DNA of 64,000 bases from Tubiluchus corallicola (Eukaryota > Animalia > Priapulida): assembly GCA_030141605.1 (NCBI GenBank), contig JAQGDQ010000469.1, positions 111,965 through 175,964 of the forward strand. Direction: 5' to 3'. The translations under genes and the position numbers were made by a program. The notes under the pieces are model-generated. The model made no database searches, had not been told where the DNA came from, and worked only from the letters and a program-made list of their open reading frames with translations. Below, one piece after another: positions 1 through 13,521 of the stretch. Each line of letters opens with the position of its first letter. The stretch's first letter is position 1.

Positions 1-318
1 AGGCATTCCCTACTTCTGTGCTGAAAGGAACACCCTAAAATAGGTTGTTAGGGCAATTTAGTCCGTCGTTCGAAAAACGTAAGAGCAAATTTGCATTCAG
101 CACCATAAAATACCCTTTTTTGAGATATTTAGTAGATGTCGTGTAGTCAACAATAGGGCGCTTTTCTGATCTAGGACACAATTCAAATGGCGCCCCAAAA
201 TGCCCTTAATGTGCCCGAAAAAATGGCAGCAAATTTGTATTAATATATTCGAATTTCATTTACATGTAGAACAATTCCCCGCAAATAAGGGACATCATTT
301 TGTATAGATATTTGTTTT

Positions 319-325
<7 letters not shown>

Positions 326-397
<72 letters not shown>

Positions 398-433
398 TAA
401 CAATAACAATAATAATAATAATAATAATAATAA
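326..433. repeat. (AAT)n microsatellite
   Basis: Direct trinucleotide run with a few AAC interruptions; it explains the poly-I/Y/L ORFs. Confidence 0.95.
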
Positions 434-917
434 TTGGACCGAATGGCCGCAATCCTTAACTTGCAACAAAAAAATAGCTTTAGCAGAAAAATCGGTACAG
501 TCATAAACCATATTAGTCGTGCTGTATTTCAATTTTGTCTTTTGTAAAAACGCGCAACGCGTTCGTGGAAGGTTTTTGCTGTTTGAAAAATAAATTAAAT
601 ATGTTCAATTATGACTTTAGTTCTGGCTGTGCTCAGAGACCGTTAACTGATTATCTAGAGTAATGTTATTTTGGTTATCAGAAACATTTTGGCATTAACA
701 TACGTATTAAAATGCATGTTTAAAGTACTTCAAAATGGGCAAGATATATAAAACCGTCCAGTTTCCCTTAAAATGTATTATCTGAAGTGACAAAGAAAAA
801 GTATCACACTAACCGAACGAGAAAAAAATCTCTTATCAACCATGTTATTTCAGTATCTTCCACATTGCACACTGCATAGCTCCAAACACAAAGTCGACGT
901 CTGAATTTTAGGAAATT

Positions 918-1600
918 ATGAGTCAGTGAATGAGTGAATGTATGAGTGAACGTGTGTGAGCAAATGTATGAGTGAGTGTATGAGTGAATGTATGAGTGAG
1001 TGAATGAGTGAGTGTATGAGTGAATGGGTGAGTGAGTGTATGAGTGAATGTATGAGTGAGTGTATGAGTGAACATGTGTGAGCGAATGTGTAAGTGAGTG
1101 TATGAGTGAATGTATGAGTGAATGTATGAGTGAACGTGTGTGAGCGAATGTATGAGTGAGTGTATGAGTGAATGTATGAGTGAGTGAATGAGTGAGTGTA
1201 TGAGTGAATGGATGAGTGAGTGTATGAGTGAATGTATGAGTGAGTGTATGAGTGAATGTATGAGTGAATGTATGAGTGAACGTGTGTGAGCGAATGTGTA
1301 AGTGAGTGTATGAGTGAATGTATGGGTGAGTGTATGAGTGAGTGAATGAGTGAGTGTATGAGTGAATGTATGAGTGAATGTATGAGTGAACGTGTGTGAG
1401 CGAATGTATGAGTAAGTGTATGAGTGAATGTATGAGTGAGTGAATGAGTGAGTGTATGAGTGAATGGATGAGTGAGTGTATGAGTGAATGTATGAGTGAG
1501 TGTATGAGTGAGTGAATGAGTGAGTGTATGAGTGAATGTATGAGTGAATGTATGAGTGAGTGTATGAGTGAATGTATGAGTGAGTGTATGAATGAGTGAA
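918..1600. repeat. Tetramer-derived compound tandem repeat (GAGT/GAAT/GTAT; 12-bp unit TATGAGTGAATG)
   Basis: Visible periodicity with a recurring GTGAACGTGTGTGAGC higher-order marker; it gives the HSLI/HSYT/HTFT pseudo-ORFs. Confidence 0.95.
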
Positions 1601-2248
1601 CGTACGTGTAACTGTGCATCAATAACGGGACGAACATTAATGACAAAATGATAGTATGAATAAACGTTTAAACTAATAATCGAATGAACGAAATACGATT
1701 GCGCAGACAAACGGACAAAATAAAGGTTGATTTTCATGTTACTGGCTGGTGCACGTTTTGTAAGCGTATTTGTTCCCTAATGGTTAAGCGATTAAGTAAC
1801 TATTTTACAAACTAGTGATTGTTGACTTTACGTTACCCTTTTGGTACAAGCAACACAAATGTCATAGATGTTTGACAGTTCGCTAACATGTGCTCCTAAA
1901 ACATACACATTAGTGTTAGGCTATGAGTGCAGTTGTCTTTCCTCGCCTTGGTTTCATGGCCAAAGTGCCTGACTGACATTGATTTGTACAGTAACACAGC
2001 AATAATCTGATCAAACTAAGCAATAATCATACGCTACTTGTTGGCGAATAATTGTCTAAGACAGGTACATTGCCAGCACCTTGATTAGATCACCTGCATG
2101 ACTTATAAATGAACATCGATCGACTGGCTGCGCCTTGCTGAATAACGTTAATGAAGAACAACGACTATAGAAGAATGAAAGAAGCTGGAAACACAGATCC
2201 ACAAAAACGAACGAGCGATAAAAGCGATGTTAATTGACTTCCAACCCT

Positions 2249-5208
2249 TTGACTCCATGTTAAAACTCGCCTCTATCATTTCGTCTCTGTCTGAGGGGTC
2301 CATATTGCGCCTCCTTGACTCAAGTTAAAACTCGCCTCTATCATTTCGTCTCTGTCTGAGGGGTCCATATTGCGCCTCCTTGACTCCATGTTAAAACTCG
2401 CCTCTATCATTTCGTCTCTGTCTGAGGGGTCCATATTGAGCCTCCTTGACTCCATGTTAAAACTCGCCTCTATCATTTCGTCTCTGTCTGAGGGGTCCAT
2501 ATTGCGCCTCCTTGACTCCATGTTAAAACTCGCCTCTATCATTTCGTCTCTGTCTGAGGGGTCCATATTGCGACTCCTTGACTCCATGTTAAAACTCGCC
2601 TCTATCGTTTCGTCTCTGTCTAAAGGGTCCACATTGCGCCTCCTTGACTCCATGTTAAAACTCGCCTCTATCATTTCTTCTCTGTCTGAGTGGTCCACAT
2701 TGCGACTCTTTGGCTCCATGTTAAAACTCGCCTCTATCGTTTCGTCTCTGTCTAAAGGGTCCACATTGCGCCTCCTTGACTCCATGTTAAAACTCGCCTC
2801 TATCATTTCGTCTCTGTCTGAGGGGTCCATATTGCGACTCCTTGACTCCATGTTAAAACTCGCCTCTATCGTTTCGTCTCTGTCTAAAGGGTCCACATTG
2901 CGCCTCCTTGACTCCATGTTAAAACTCGCCTCTATCATTTCTTCTCTGTCTGAGTGGTCCACATTGCGACTCTTTGGCTCCATGTTAAAACTCGCCTCTA
3001 TCGTTTCGTCTCTGTCTAAAGGGTCCACATTGCGCCTCCTTGACTCCATGTTAAAACTCGCCTCTACCGTTTCGTCTCTGTCTAAAGGGTCCACATTGCG
3101 CCTCCTTGACTCCATGTTAAAACTCGCCTCTACCGTTTCGTCTCTGTCTAAAGGGTCCACATTGCGCCTCCTTGACTCCATGTTAAAACTCGCCTCTATC
3201 ATTTCTTCTCTGTCTGAGGTGTCCACATTGCGCCTCCTTGACTCCATGTTAAAACTCGCCTCTATCGTTTCGTCTCTGTCTAAAGGGTCCACATTGCGAC
3301 TCTTTGGCTCCATGTTAAAACTCGCCTCTATCGTTTCGTCTCTGTCTAAAGGGTTCATATTGCGCCTCCTTGACTCCATGTTAGAACTCGCCTCTATCAT
3401 TTCGTCTCTGTCTGAGGGGTCCATATTGCGCCTCCTTGACTCCATGTTAAAACTCGCCTCTATCATTTCGTCTCTGTCTGAGGGGTCCATATTGCGACTC
3501 CTTGACTCCATGTTAAAACTCGCCTCTATCGTTTCGTCTCTGTCTAAAGGGTCCACATTGCGCCTCCTTGACTCCATGTTAAAACTCGCCTCTATCATTT
3601 CTTCTCTGTCTGAGTGGTCCACATTGCGACTCTTTGGCTCCATGTTAAAACTCGCCTCTATCGTTTCGTCTCTGTCTGAGTGGTCCACAATGCGACTCTT
3701 TGGCTCCATGTTAAAACTCGCCTCTATCGTTTCGTCTCTGTCTGAGTGGTCCACATTGCGACTCTTTGACTCCATGTTAAAACTCGCCTCTATCGTTTCG
3801 TCTCTGTCTGAGTGGTCCACATTGCGACTCTTTGGCTCCATGTTAAAATTCGCCTCTATTGTTTCGTTTCTGTCTAAAGGGTCCACATTGCGCCTCTTTG
3901 ACTCCATGTTAAAACTCGCCTCTATCGTTTTCTTTCTGTCTGAGTGGTCCACATTGCGACTCTTTGACTCCATGTTAAAACTCGCCTCTATCGTTTCGTT
4001 TCTGTCTGAGTGGTCCACATTGCGACTCTTTAACTCCATGTTAAAACTCGCCTCTATCGTTTCGTCTCTGTCTGAGTGGTCCACATTGCGACTCTTTAAC
4101 TCCATTTTAAAACTCGCCTCTATCGTTTCGTCTCTGTCTGAGGGGTCCATATTGCGCCTCTTTGACTCCATGTTAGAATTCGCCTCTATCGTTTCGTCTC
4201 TGTCTGAGGGGTCCATATTGCGCCTCTTTGACTCCATTTTAAAACTCGCCTCTATCGTTTCGTCTCTGTCTGAGTGGTCCACATTGCGACTCTTTGACTC
4301 CATGTTAAAACCCGCCTCTATTGTTTCGTTTCTGTCTGAGGGGTCCATATTGCGCCTCCTTGACTCCATGTTAAAACCCGCCTCTATCGTTTCGTCTCTG
4401 TCTAAAGGGTCCACATTGCGACTCTTTGGCTCCATGTTAAAACTCGCCTCTATCGTTTCGTCTCTGTCTAAAGGGTCCATATTGCGCCTCCTTGACTCCA
4501 TGTTAAAACTCGCCTCTATCATTTCGTCTCTGTCTAAAGGGTCCATATTGCGCCTCCTTGACTCCATGTTAAAACTCGCCTCTATCGTTTCGTCTCTGTC
4601 TGAGGGGTCCACATTGCGACTCTTTGACTCCATGTTAGAATTCGCCTCTATCATTTCTTCTCTGTCTGAGTGGTCCATATTGCGCCTCTTTGACTCCATG
4701 TTAGAATTCGCCTCTATCTTTTCGTCTCTGTCTGAGGGGTCCATATTGCGCCTCTTTGACTCCATGTTAGAATTCGCCTCTATCTTTTCGTCTCTGTCTG
4801 AGGGGTCCATATTGCGCCTCCTTGACTCCATGTTAGAATTCGCCTCTATCTTTTCGTCTCTGTCTGAGGGGTCCACATTGCGCCTCCTTGACTCCATGTT
4901 AGAATTCGCCTCTATCTTTTCGTCTCTGTCTGAGTGGTCCACATTGCGCCTCCTTGACTCCATGTTAGAATTCGCCTCTATCGTTTCGTTTCTGTCTGAG
5001 CGGTCCACATTGCGACTCTTTAACTCCATTTTAAAACTCGCCTCTATCGTTTCGTCTCTGTCTGAGTGGTCCACATTGCGACTCTTTGGCTCCATGTTAA
5101 AACTCGCCTATATCGTTTCGTCTCTGTCTGAGGGGTCCACATTGCGACCCTTTAACTCCATTTTAAAACTCGCCTCTATCTTTTCGTTTCTGTCTGAGGG
5201 GTCCACAC
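2249..5208. repeat. 66-bp minisatellite, about 45 copies
   Basis: Unit TTGACTCCATGTTAAAACTCGCCTCTATCATTTCGTCTCTGTCTGAGGGGTCCATATTGCGCCTCC repeated head to tail with substitutions; 22-aa periodicity in the ORFs on both strands. Confidence 0.97.
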
Positions 5209-7682
5209 TGAATCTCGACCAGTTGACTCGATGTCAAAACACGCCGTTAGCTTCTGTCTGAGAAGTCCACATTGTTTATTCGATGAGTTTCGTGGTCTCA
5301 ATCTGTGCACCCTATGAGTTATTAAGTATTAATCGTACAGACCACAATTGCATAATTACCACAGAAATGTAATTCCTTTGTCCAACTGCCATATTACTTA
5401 CTTACTGATTATGTGTAAAATAACAATAAACAAAAATTTATTTACTAAATGAATGTCAATAAACCATCATATTACAGCTATATTTACATAATTTTAATGT
5501 TTATTTACAGGTAATTACTTGTTAATTTTTTCATTTATCATTTTCTGTATTAAATACCCGAATAGCTGAAAACAAAAAAATGTTCAAACACAATTTCGGC
5601 ATGCATAAGACAAGAAATCCTCCTAATTTTCTTGAAACTTTGGCGTAAATCAGAATTTACATGGTACGCATATATGCTGAAATGATTGCTACTTAAAAAA
5701 AATTGAATATGTATATATTTTTTCAATTTACAATATGCGTTCTCCAATTGATCCTTGTAATGAATAAAACATTTAATATTGGCAAAATGCAAAAGCATCG
5801 CGGCAACGTTTAATTTATATGACTTCAATAAATACAATTACTGCATCAATGCTATTCATCCAAATTTAGAACAACTTAAAAGTGAATTTTCTGGAATATC
5901 TGAATACTATCAATCATTTTCAGGAAAATTATGGTAACTTCATATGGAAACGAAACCTAAACTAGAATAACAAAAATCGTTCAAACTCGGGAATATCCTT
6001 ACCAGTGGTTAATATTAAGAACCTTTAATCTTGTTATATTTTTCTTTTGTCTTTTTTATTTCTTTATCTGAGGAGTGGGAGTTAATATACCTATTTATGG
6101 TAAGGGACCAGGTTCTTTAATTCTGTAGATGGCGAGCATTTGGCGAGTTTTTCAACTTTTATAGAGCTTTGAAATGAGTCGGGTTTCGGATTGACTTATC
6201 AAACCATCTGATTTCAGAAATCTGACTAATAACGATTAATCAGCAAACTACATTAAAAATGCGACAAAGCAAGACAAAATTATATAAATGATTTGGAAAT
6301 AGTCATTTCGTCTTCAAAAGAAACTAGAACAACGGGAGTCATACAATGCATCATCTCATGGAATAGAAAAGTAACCGATGTTAATAAATGTTCTCATGAT
6401 GGGTGTGGTGCATAATCACATTCATTTTCGGAATCATATTCAGCTTTTTCATTGCCACTTCCTCTTCACAGTTATCATTGTTGCCATTATCATCATCATC
6501 ATCATCGTCATCGTTATCATCAATAGTTGCCTTGAAAAATCTTGTCGTTCTCAGATCATATGTGTCTGACAATCAGTTTGATAAAAAGTTGTTGCTATTA
6601 AATTGATTTAACACCCAAGAGAAATACACAGAGCTGCTGTTGGAAGATTAATCGCTTACAGTCATCATCATTAACCTCATCGTGATCATCATCAGCAGCA
6701 GCAACAGCAGAAGCATTGTCAGCATTGTCTTTCTAAGGTTACCTAAAACATCAATGAGTAGGTACCAGACAGCAACACTGTCGCCATAAAGACGAATGAT
6801 CCATCTGCTCACCTCCGTCACGTCAGCGTGCGTACCAAATCGGTACACTCACAAGGATAAACCTGGATTCAGTTTTCGCTTTTCTGTCGGGGCGTCTTAC
6901 TGTGAAATCTCACCGTCCGGAATGCATCGTTAAATGTTAATGCCATTAAACAAATGAGATATGTTCGAGAAATGAGGATCCGAACCATCTGGTTCTTGCT
7001 GTCTTATACCGATTGATTGAGCTTGCCGGCAGTGATGTAAACAGCTGTAATTGTTTTCATCCTTCCAAGAACAGCAAATAAAACTTCGTACGTCAATATC
7101 GTTCCTCGAGTAGACAGTATTATAGTCGTTAATATGATCGAGATTCATAATCGTATGATGATGGTAATGCTGACGATGAAGACGATAAAATGATGATGAT
7201 GATGATGATGATGATGGTGATGACGATGATATGTCGTCATTATTTCGGCATATATGATACATATATATTTATATATATGATATATCGACCTTCAATATTT
7301 TACATATGTATAATTTTACGTGATTATTGACTATAACAGACTGTAACTACATCGACTGAATTGGCTGATTGTTTTTTGTTTTTGTTTGTCAGTTACTAAA
7401 TTGTAAAATCAAGCTTTTATTATTTTAACCTGCCGGTAATATAAAAGAAGTATGATGATGATGATAATGTTTTAGTTAACATAAGCTTATGAGTTTTTTA
7501 GTGGCTTAAAAGTAAAATCCATGTGGTTAGATATTACATTTTTGTATAGTAATATTGTATGCTGTACAATAGAATGTGCAATACAGTACGGCAACACAAA
7601 ACAATGTGAAATGTGACAATCTACAGCAGTGCTTGTAATAAATTACTTATATGTAAGCAAGTAAGTAATCTATTTATAAGAA

Positions 7683-7740
7683 AGGGCAGGAGACTAGATG
7701 ACCCTCTGGTCCTTCCCTGCCCTGCTCCATGATTATAATT
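7683..7740 (+). mobile_element. Possible CR1-clade LINE/SINE 3' terminal stem-loop remnant
   Basis: AGGGCAGGAGACTAGATGACCCTCTGGTCCTTCCCTGCCCT resembles the GGACTAGATGACC...GGTCCCTTCC motif of CR1 3' ends (from memory) and is flanked by an AGGGCAGG/CCTGCCCT inverted pair. Confidence 0.4.
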
Positions 7741-7839
7741 ACGTAATATTTAAAAAACTTTTGATGTTAAACTAATTGGAGGAAATAAATGTTCTAAGTC
7801 TATGTCAATGTCTATGTCTATGTCTATGTCTAAGTAGTT

Positions 7840-7955
7840 TGTGTGTGTTTGTGTGTGTGTGTGTGTGCGCGCGCGCGCGTGTGTGTGTGCATGTGTGTGT
7901 GTGCGTGCGTGCGTGCGTGCGTGTATGTGTGTGTGTATGTGTGTGTGTGTGTGTG
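7840..7955. repeat. (GT)n/(GC)n/(GCGT)n compound microsatellite
   Basis: Direct alternating purine-pyrimidine run. Confidence 0.9.
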
Positions 7956-9734
7956 GTCAGTCTTGTACATACTTCGTCCAGCAAAGAATGCTGTGTAGAG
8001 TTACGTTATATGACTTCATTTCATTACAGTGCTTAACATTTTAGTTGGAGGCGGTGACAAGAATAGAGCTGTAATTTTCAGTTCCAATGACAATTGTCGA
8101 GCAAGTTCATCAACTCTTCTCCTATGAAAGGAGAAAGTTCCTCTCACTTCATTAAGCATGTCGTCTAAGATTCTGTTCAAATTACAAATGCTGTTGAATG
8201 GAGATAATTCAACGTTACTCGTTGACATGCTCACTGAAACTGAGCTTGGCTCTGTGAGAGATTGATCAATCTGCACGATTTGACATCCTATTGGGAACAT
8301 TATTACTGGGTGGGGACAACGCCGTCCAAGCTATTCAATCATGTTTGAATAACTAAACAACGCTCTTGATCAAAGCTCTGATTAAATTATTACTATAAAG
8401 CAGGCGCGTCAAAGCAACTACATGATATAACAACGATGTGATGTTGATTAATTTTACTTACCCGTTTTCGGGTAATAATTGGTCTCAAGTAATAAATCCA
8501 CGCCCTAAATCATGAAGCCTAACTTACCTGCAGCACTTTAAGGAGACAGAATCAAGCATGTTTACATTTTTTGAAATTATGTACCCATTAGTTTACATTT
8601 ATAATAATCACTGTGAGTGATATTTTAACAGAAAAAATTAAGTTTTTTCATTAATATTCTTTTATGATATTCTGAAGTATCAGTTATAATTTGTAAAAAT
8701 TCACCAAGAAAATCATCCATTACAACAGACAGCATTTTGGTACTATGTATGCCACACAAAATTAATTTTTTGAGAAAACAATGATAATATTTTACTCCAA
8801 ATAGCAATATAAGCTTGAAAGCGTTTAAAATGTAAACACAACCTAGAGAAATTTAGTAACATTTTAAATAAGCAAGTTTATTTGGGGATTATTTTATTAA
8901 AGATTACAGTAAACCTCTTATTCAAGCGCCCAGGTGGGTAGAATTGTACTCTCTTACTCTTGATAGTATTTAATTGCTTATAAATGGGTAAAAATACATT
9001 TATACAAAAATCCTTCATTAAAAAACAAATTTAGTTGCTGTTGCAAAGCAGACACTTTCTTCGTATAACGGTGTTGCAGGAAATCTTCTCAAATCAGATC
9101 TGTGGACAAGCGAGAATTCTTAAATTCCTGCTTAAACACTTAAACAGAGTTTCATTCAAACTACCGATCGATTAAGGGCGCTATTTTTCGCAGACTGATT
9201 ACAAGAATCTGAAGAGCAAATCAAATTGACCAAGAGGGAAAACAAATTACAGTACCAATAAACGTAAAACCATTTCTACTGTCAAAAGCAATAGTGTTGG
9301 AGTATACAATGCTGCATAAGAGCAATTCACTGTCCGTGCAAAGCTTACGTGGACATAAGAGAATTGTCCAGTTTTGCAGGTGCCCGTTTGGTTCTGAATT
9401 GCATTTTGTAATAATAAAGATTTATGGCAATCCAATGTGTATGTAGGTAACACGTTTATACACTAAGCAGGCAACGCAAGTAACTGTAAAAGTTTGCTAG
9501 CAAGACGAAACAATAAATAAGAGTTCTCAAAAGCATGCGTCTGCAGAATCATTAATTCATTCGTTCAGGTGTCGCGCGACTAAACTAAGGTAAGTTAGGG
9601 CAATTTTGATTGTTAAGATTCAGTAAACTAGTTATCGAAAATGCTCACCAAGCAGTTTAAAATGCAAACTCAATTTTAAACGCGATATATAAAGTATTTA
9701 TAGTCCCTATACCCAGCAGTAGTGAGTAAAATCT

Positions 9735-10210
9735 ATGAATGAGAAAATCCGCGGTTGTTAAAAAGCAAGGAAAAAGAAAGAAAGAGCACAACCATTCGAA
9801 ATGCCAAAATAGTTTTTCTTCAGGTGAACAAAAAAAAAGACAAAAAGGGGAAAATCACATGAAACTATCAAAACTACTGAACTATTTTTTTCTTCATTTA
9901 TATAATTAACACACACAAGAGATATCACTAGTCAAGTAACAGTGATTTTGTTTTCAAATTGAATCTTTCTTTCCTGTGCTGCTACTTTTCAACGTGCTTT
10001 GTACCCTTTTTGGGTGTAATATCATTTTTATGTGTTAATAATATAAATTACGAAATGCACAATAATCAGTTCGCAGTAGTTCTGGCAATTCCTTGCGATT
10101 TTTTCTGATTTTGGATCTTTTTTTCTTCAGCTGAAGAAGAACTATGGTGGTAGTTCGAAACGTTGTGCCCTTTCTTTCTTTTTCCTTGTTTTTAATGATT
10201 TTTTATTCAT
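9735..10210. mobile_element. Foldback/MITE-like element with long diverged inverted arms
   Basis: CAAGGAAAAAGAAAGAAAGAGCACAAC..TTCGAA..CTTCAGGTGAA..ACTACTGAACT at 9735-9882 is mirrored by AGTTCGCAGTAGT..TTCAGCTGAAG..TTCGAAACGTTGTGCCCTTTCTTTCTTTTTCCTTG at 10068-10210. Confidence 0.7.
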
Positions 10211-10713
10211 TGTCTCAATTCTTGCCATTACGAATTTATCTGTGTTATTAATGAGTAACCAAATTAGGACTGTTGAACAGGGTGTATGCAAACTCAGGAC
10301 ATTCAAAGTGAACAAAGTTGCTCGCACTCCGGAAATCAACTTACTCGGTTTATGCCAAATTGCTCAACACTCAACTTGCCTAAATTCTCAAATCATCGAT
10401 TCGTATAAGTGAAAAGGAGGAGGTATTAAGTTTTAAGAGGAGGTATTGGCAGTTTTGTCTGAGCGAGATTCACATGTGGGGTCATACTAGTTAAATGAAA
10501 CGTATAGTCAAGGGAGACCAAGCGTGGAAGGTGAAACTGCACGCAAACAGTATTTTGGAAGTCACAGGTAAGCACACATTTATTGTAAATATCATTGTCT
10601 TAATCTTTCTTATTGTGCATATCATTTTGTATATTTTTAAAAACTTTGTGAAAAAATTTTTTGTAAATAAGAGCCTCTGGTTGAAATAAATTATTACCTA
10701 CTTACTTATTGCC

Positions 10714-11030
10714 TGACTAACTGACTGGATTGCATGACTGATTTATTGACTGACTGACTGGCTAGCTGACTGACTGACTGACTGACTGACTGATTGAGTG
10801 ATTGACTGACTGACTGACTGACTGATTGAGTGATTGACTGACTGACTGACTGACTGACTGACTGACTGACTGATTGACTGACTGACTGACTGATTGACTG
10901 ACTGACTGACTGACTGACTGACTGACTGACTGACTGACTGACTGACTGACTGACTGACTGACTGACTGACTGACTGACTGACTGACTGACTGACTGATTG
11001 ACTGACTGATTGACTTACTGACTGACTGAC
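10714..11030. repeat. (GACT)n microsatellite
   Basis: Direct tetranucleotide run; source of the SQSV pseudo-ORF. Confidence 0.95.
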
Positions 11031-11246
11031 TTACACTACAACCATTTAATATTATCCTTGATCCAAATACTGCAGTTGACAACTTTTGTTCACTTTTTCT
11101 AGCCTATAGTTTTATTTTTCAGTATGCTCATGAAAAAGTATTACGAAGAAGAAAAGATTAAAAAGAAAAAATTGACGAAAAGGTACATTCACTCAAAAGA
11201 CGCGCTATAATTCTTTATCTTTTTGCTTCAGGAAAGTCCAACTTAC

Positions 11247-11879
11247 CGGAACTCTTGCAAATGAACTCATCCACACCCAGTCGTGGGTGGCTCCCTCCAA
11301 ATCTGGACCTAGTTCTCCTTCAGTTGTGTAATACTTTGTAGCCTTTTCTAGCTCTCTGCGTAACTTGCGACGTATGCGTTTGCTTTTTCGAGAGATTTCT
11401 GCGTCACCTTGCACATCTGAGACTGTTGCGTTGTTTCTTTCAAGAAACTCGTGTCTATTTTTTCGTCTACGTCTCTTTCTGCCTCGTCGCAAGGCGTTTT
11501 TGTGCCTCAATTTATGCAACTTTTTATTATCGGTGGCGCCACTGTCATCTTTTACGTCTTTTTGTTCACTTACCGTCTTGGCACCTTTTCTGTCTCTCTT
11601 ATCTGTTTCTTCTTTGACAAGATCATCCACGACTGGCTTTTCCGGAGCGTTTATTATTTCAAAAGGCCTTAAACTGAAATCGACATAGTCGTTCGCATTT
11701 ACATTTTCATTTACTGACACCAATTTATTATGTAGGTTAATAAATTCACGGTGCGTCCAGAAGAAACCAGAAATCGTCAAGCAATACAAAAGAACAACTA
11801 GAGAGTAAAGAACTTTTGTATGCGTCAAGCAGTTTTGAGTCGTTTTAGAATTTTCCTTGTTCTCATCCGCATCAGTCAT
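11247..11879 (-). CDS. First coding exon of a type II transmembrane protein, gliomedin/colmedin-like (collagen-olfactomedin family) or other membrane collagen
   Basis: ATG at 11879 (MTDADEN), short cytosolic tail, TM segment VLYSLVVLLYCLTISGFFW, and polybasic furin-type sites (RRGRKRRRRK, RKSKRIRR). It ends in DWVWMSSFARVP at a phase-0 GTAAGT donor (11246-11241). This motif resembles the WVWLTSY.RVP segment preceding the collagen domain in invertebrate colmedins (from memory). No downstream exon was recognised in 1-11240. Confidence 0.7.
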
Positions 11880-13034
11880 TCTGCGTTGTGTAACACACAA
11901 ACAAAGAAGAATTCAGCAACAACAACAACACGATGAGCTCATTAAAAGAACAACAATAACATTTCTAATTTAGTCACATTATTGTTTATTTTAAACGCGC
12001 GATTTCACGAAAGTACAGCGACAAAAACAGATCGAATTTCTCTTTAAACAAGCCAAACACGATAAACCCATTAACTAATGAGATACGAAGAGAATGAGAA
12101 AAACAAGAGCAAAGTTAACGCATTGATGAAGGTATTATTTTCTCGGTAATAAAAAAGTAATTGAAACTTGACGAAACTATATTCTGTTACACATTTCTGA
12201 AGTCCCGCAGGAAAAGTTTATCAATAACTTGCAGTCGAATCCGTGTGAGGAGTTTTGTGCTTTTTCACGTTTGCCGCGTGTTTCCCTCCGGTTTCAACTT
12301 TGCCTGAGCTTCCCAAACTGCGCTGACGCAGATATAACCATCGCAGCATCTACTATCATCCGTAGACTGCTGCTGCCATCCATGGCTAGTTAACAAAATT
12401 AATCTTTATAAAATTTATAATTAAGAAACAGCAGAGTAACAAACGTTAAGTGACAAGAAATGGCATAGTAATAGGAAGTGAACTAAGAAGAAACAGCAGA
12501 GTAACAAGCAGTTAAGTGACAAGAAAAATCATAATAACAAGAACCTGTTCTGGGCAGTTCGACCCAAAAACTGGCGCCAAGTAACATCTGCAGGGTTTTT
12601 CAAAATTGTTGTGCAAAAGCTGACTAGTTAATGTATGGCTGGTCCCAAGTTCAACATTCGCTGATCGTAGTGTTCATTCGCAATTCTAATTCTGCCTGTA
12701 TCTGAACGTGGTTCAGGCACCACTGCTGGTTCAGTGTCTCATCTTAAACGTTTAGCTTTTCATAACGAATCCCAGTATTCACAGTTTCCGTGGTCTCTCT
12801 TCACATACACCATTCTATCTAATCTTTGTGAATTCAACTCTACACAAAATACTTGAACATGCATTTTAAGTATTTAAAAGTACAAACTTTTGTATTTAAA
12901 GGCCGTGTTTCTGACTTTACAATTTTACACAAAAACAGAAAGAAAATGCTCTAGATAAGATTTTCTTATTCTCTTAAGTACTTGTTGGCGGTTTATATAA
13001 GAGAAAATCTAAGGTAAAGTGTCATTTCCGAACA

Positions 13035-13288
<254 letters not shown>

Positions 13289-13521
13289 TAGTAACAACTT
13301 TATTTGCCATAATAATATTGAGAATCATAACAAAATAATTTTAAGATACTCAATTAGTGATAGTTAAAAAACATACACTTTTTTGGTAGGATTCTTGATG
13401 TCTTTGCTAATTCCTTTGCTCTGCAATAAAGCCTTCAACTTAGCTACTACAGTTACTACGAAAACAAACACTCTACGATTGAGGTGGGCTTTAATGTTGC
13501 ATTTAATGTAACTTAAAAGTT

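Noticed and set aside
804-1737. His-rich ORFs of 273-280 aa
   Set aside because: Translations of a tetramer-based satellite, with shifting frames.
2249-5208. CRISPR-like array
   Set aside because: The units are contiguous with no unique spacers, there are no cas genes, and the context is eukaryotic.
8016-8300. 94-aa minus-strand ORF as exon 2 of the colmedin-like gene
   Set aside because: No Gly-X-Y or recognisable motif and no convincing splice sites.
11365-11688. Plus-strand ORFs overlapping the colmedin-like exon
   Set aside because: Shadow ORFs with no recognisable features.
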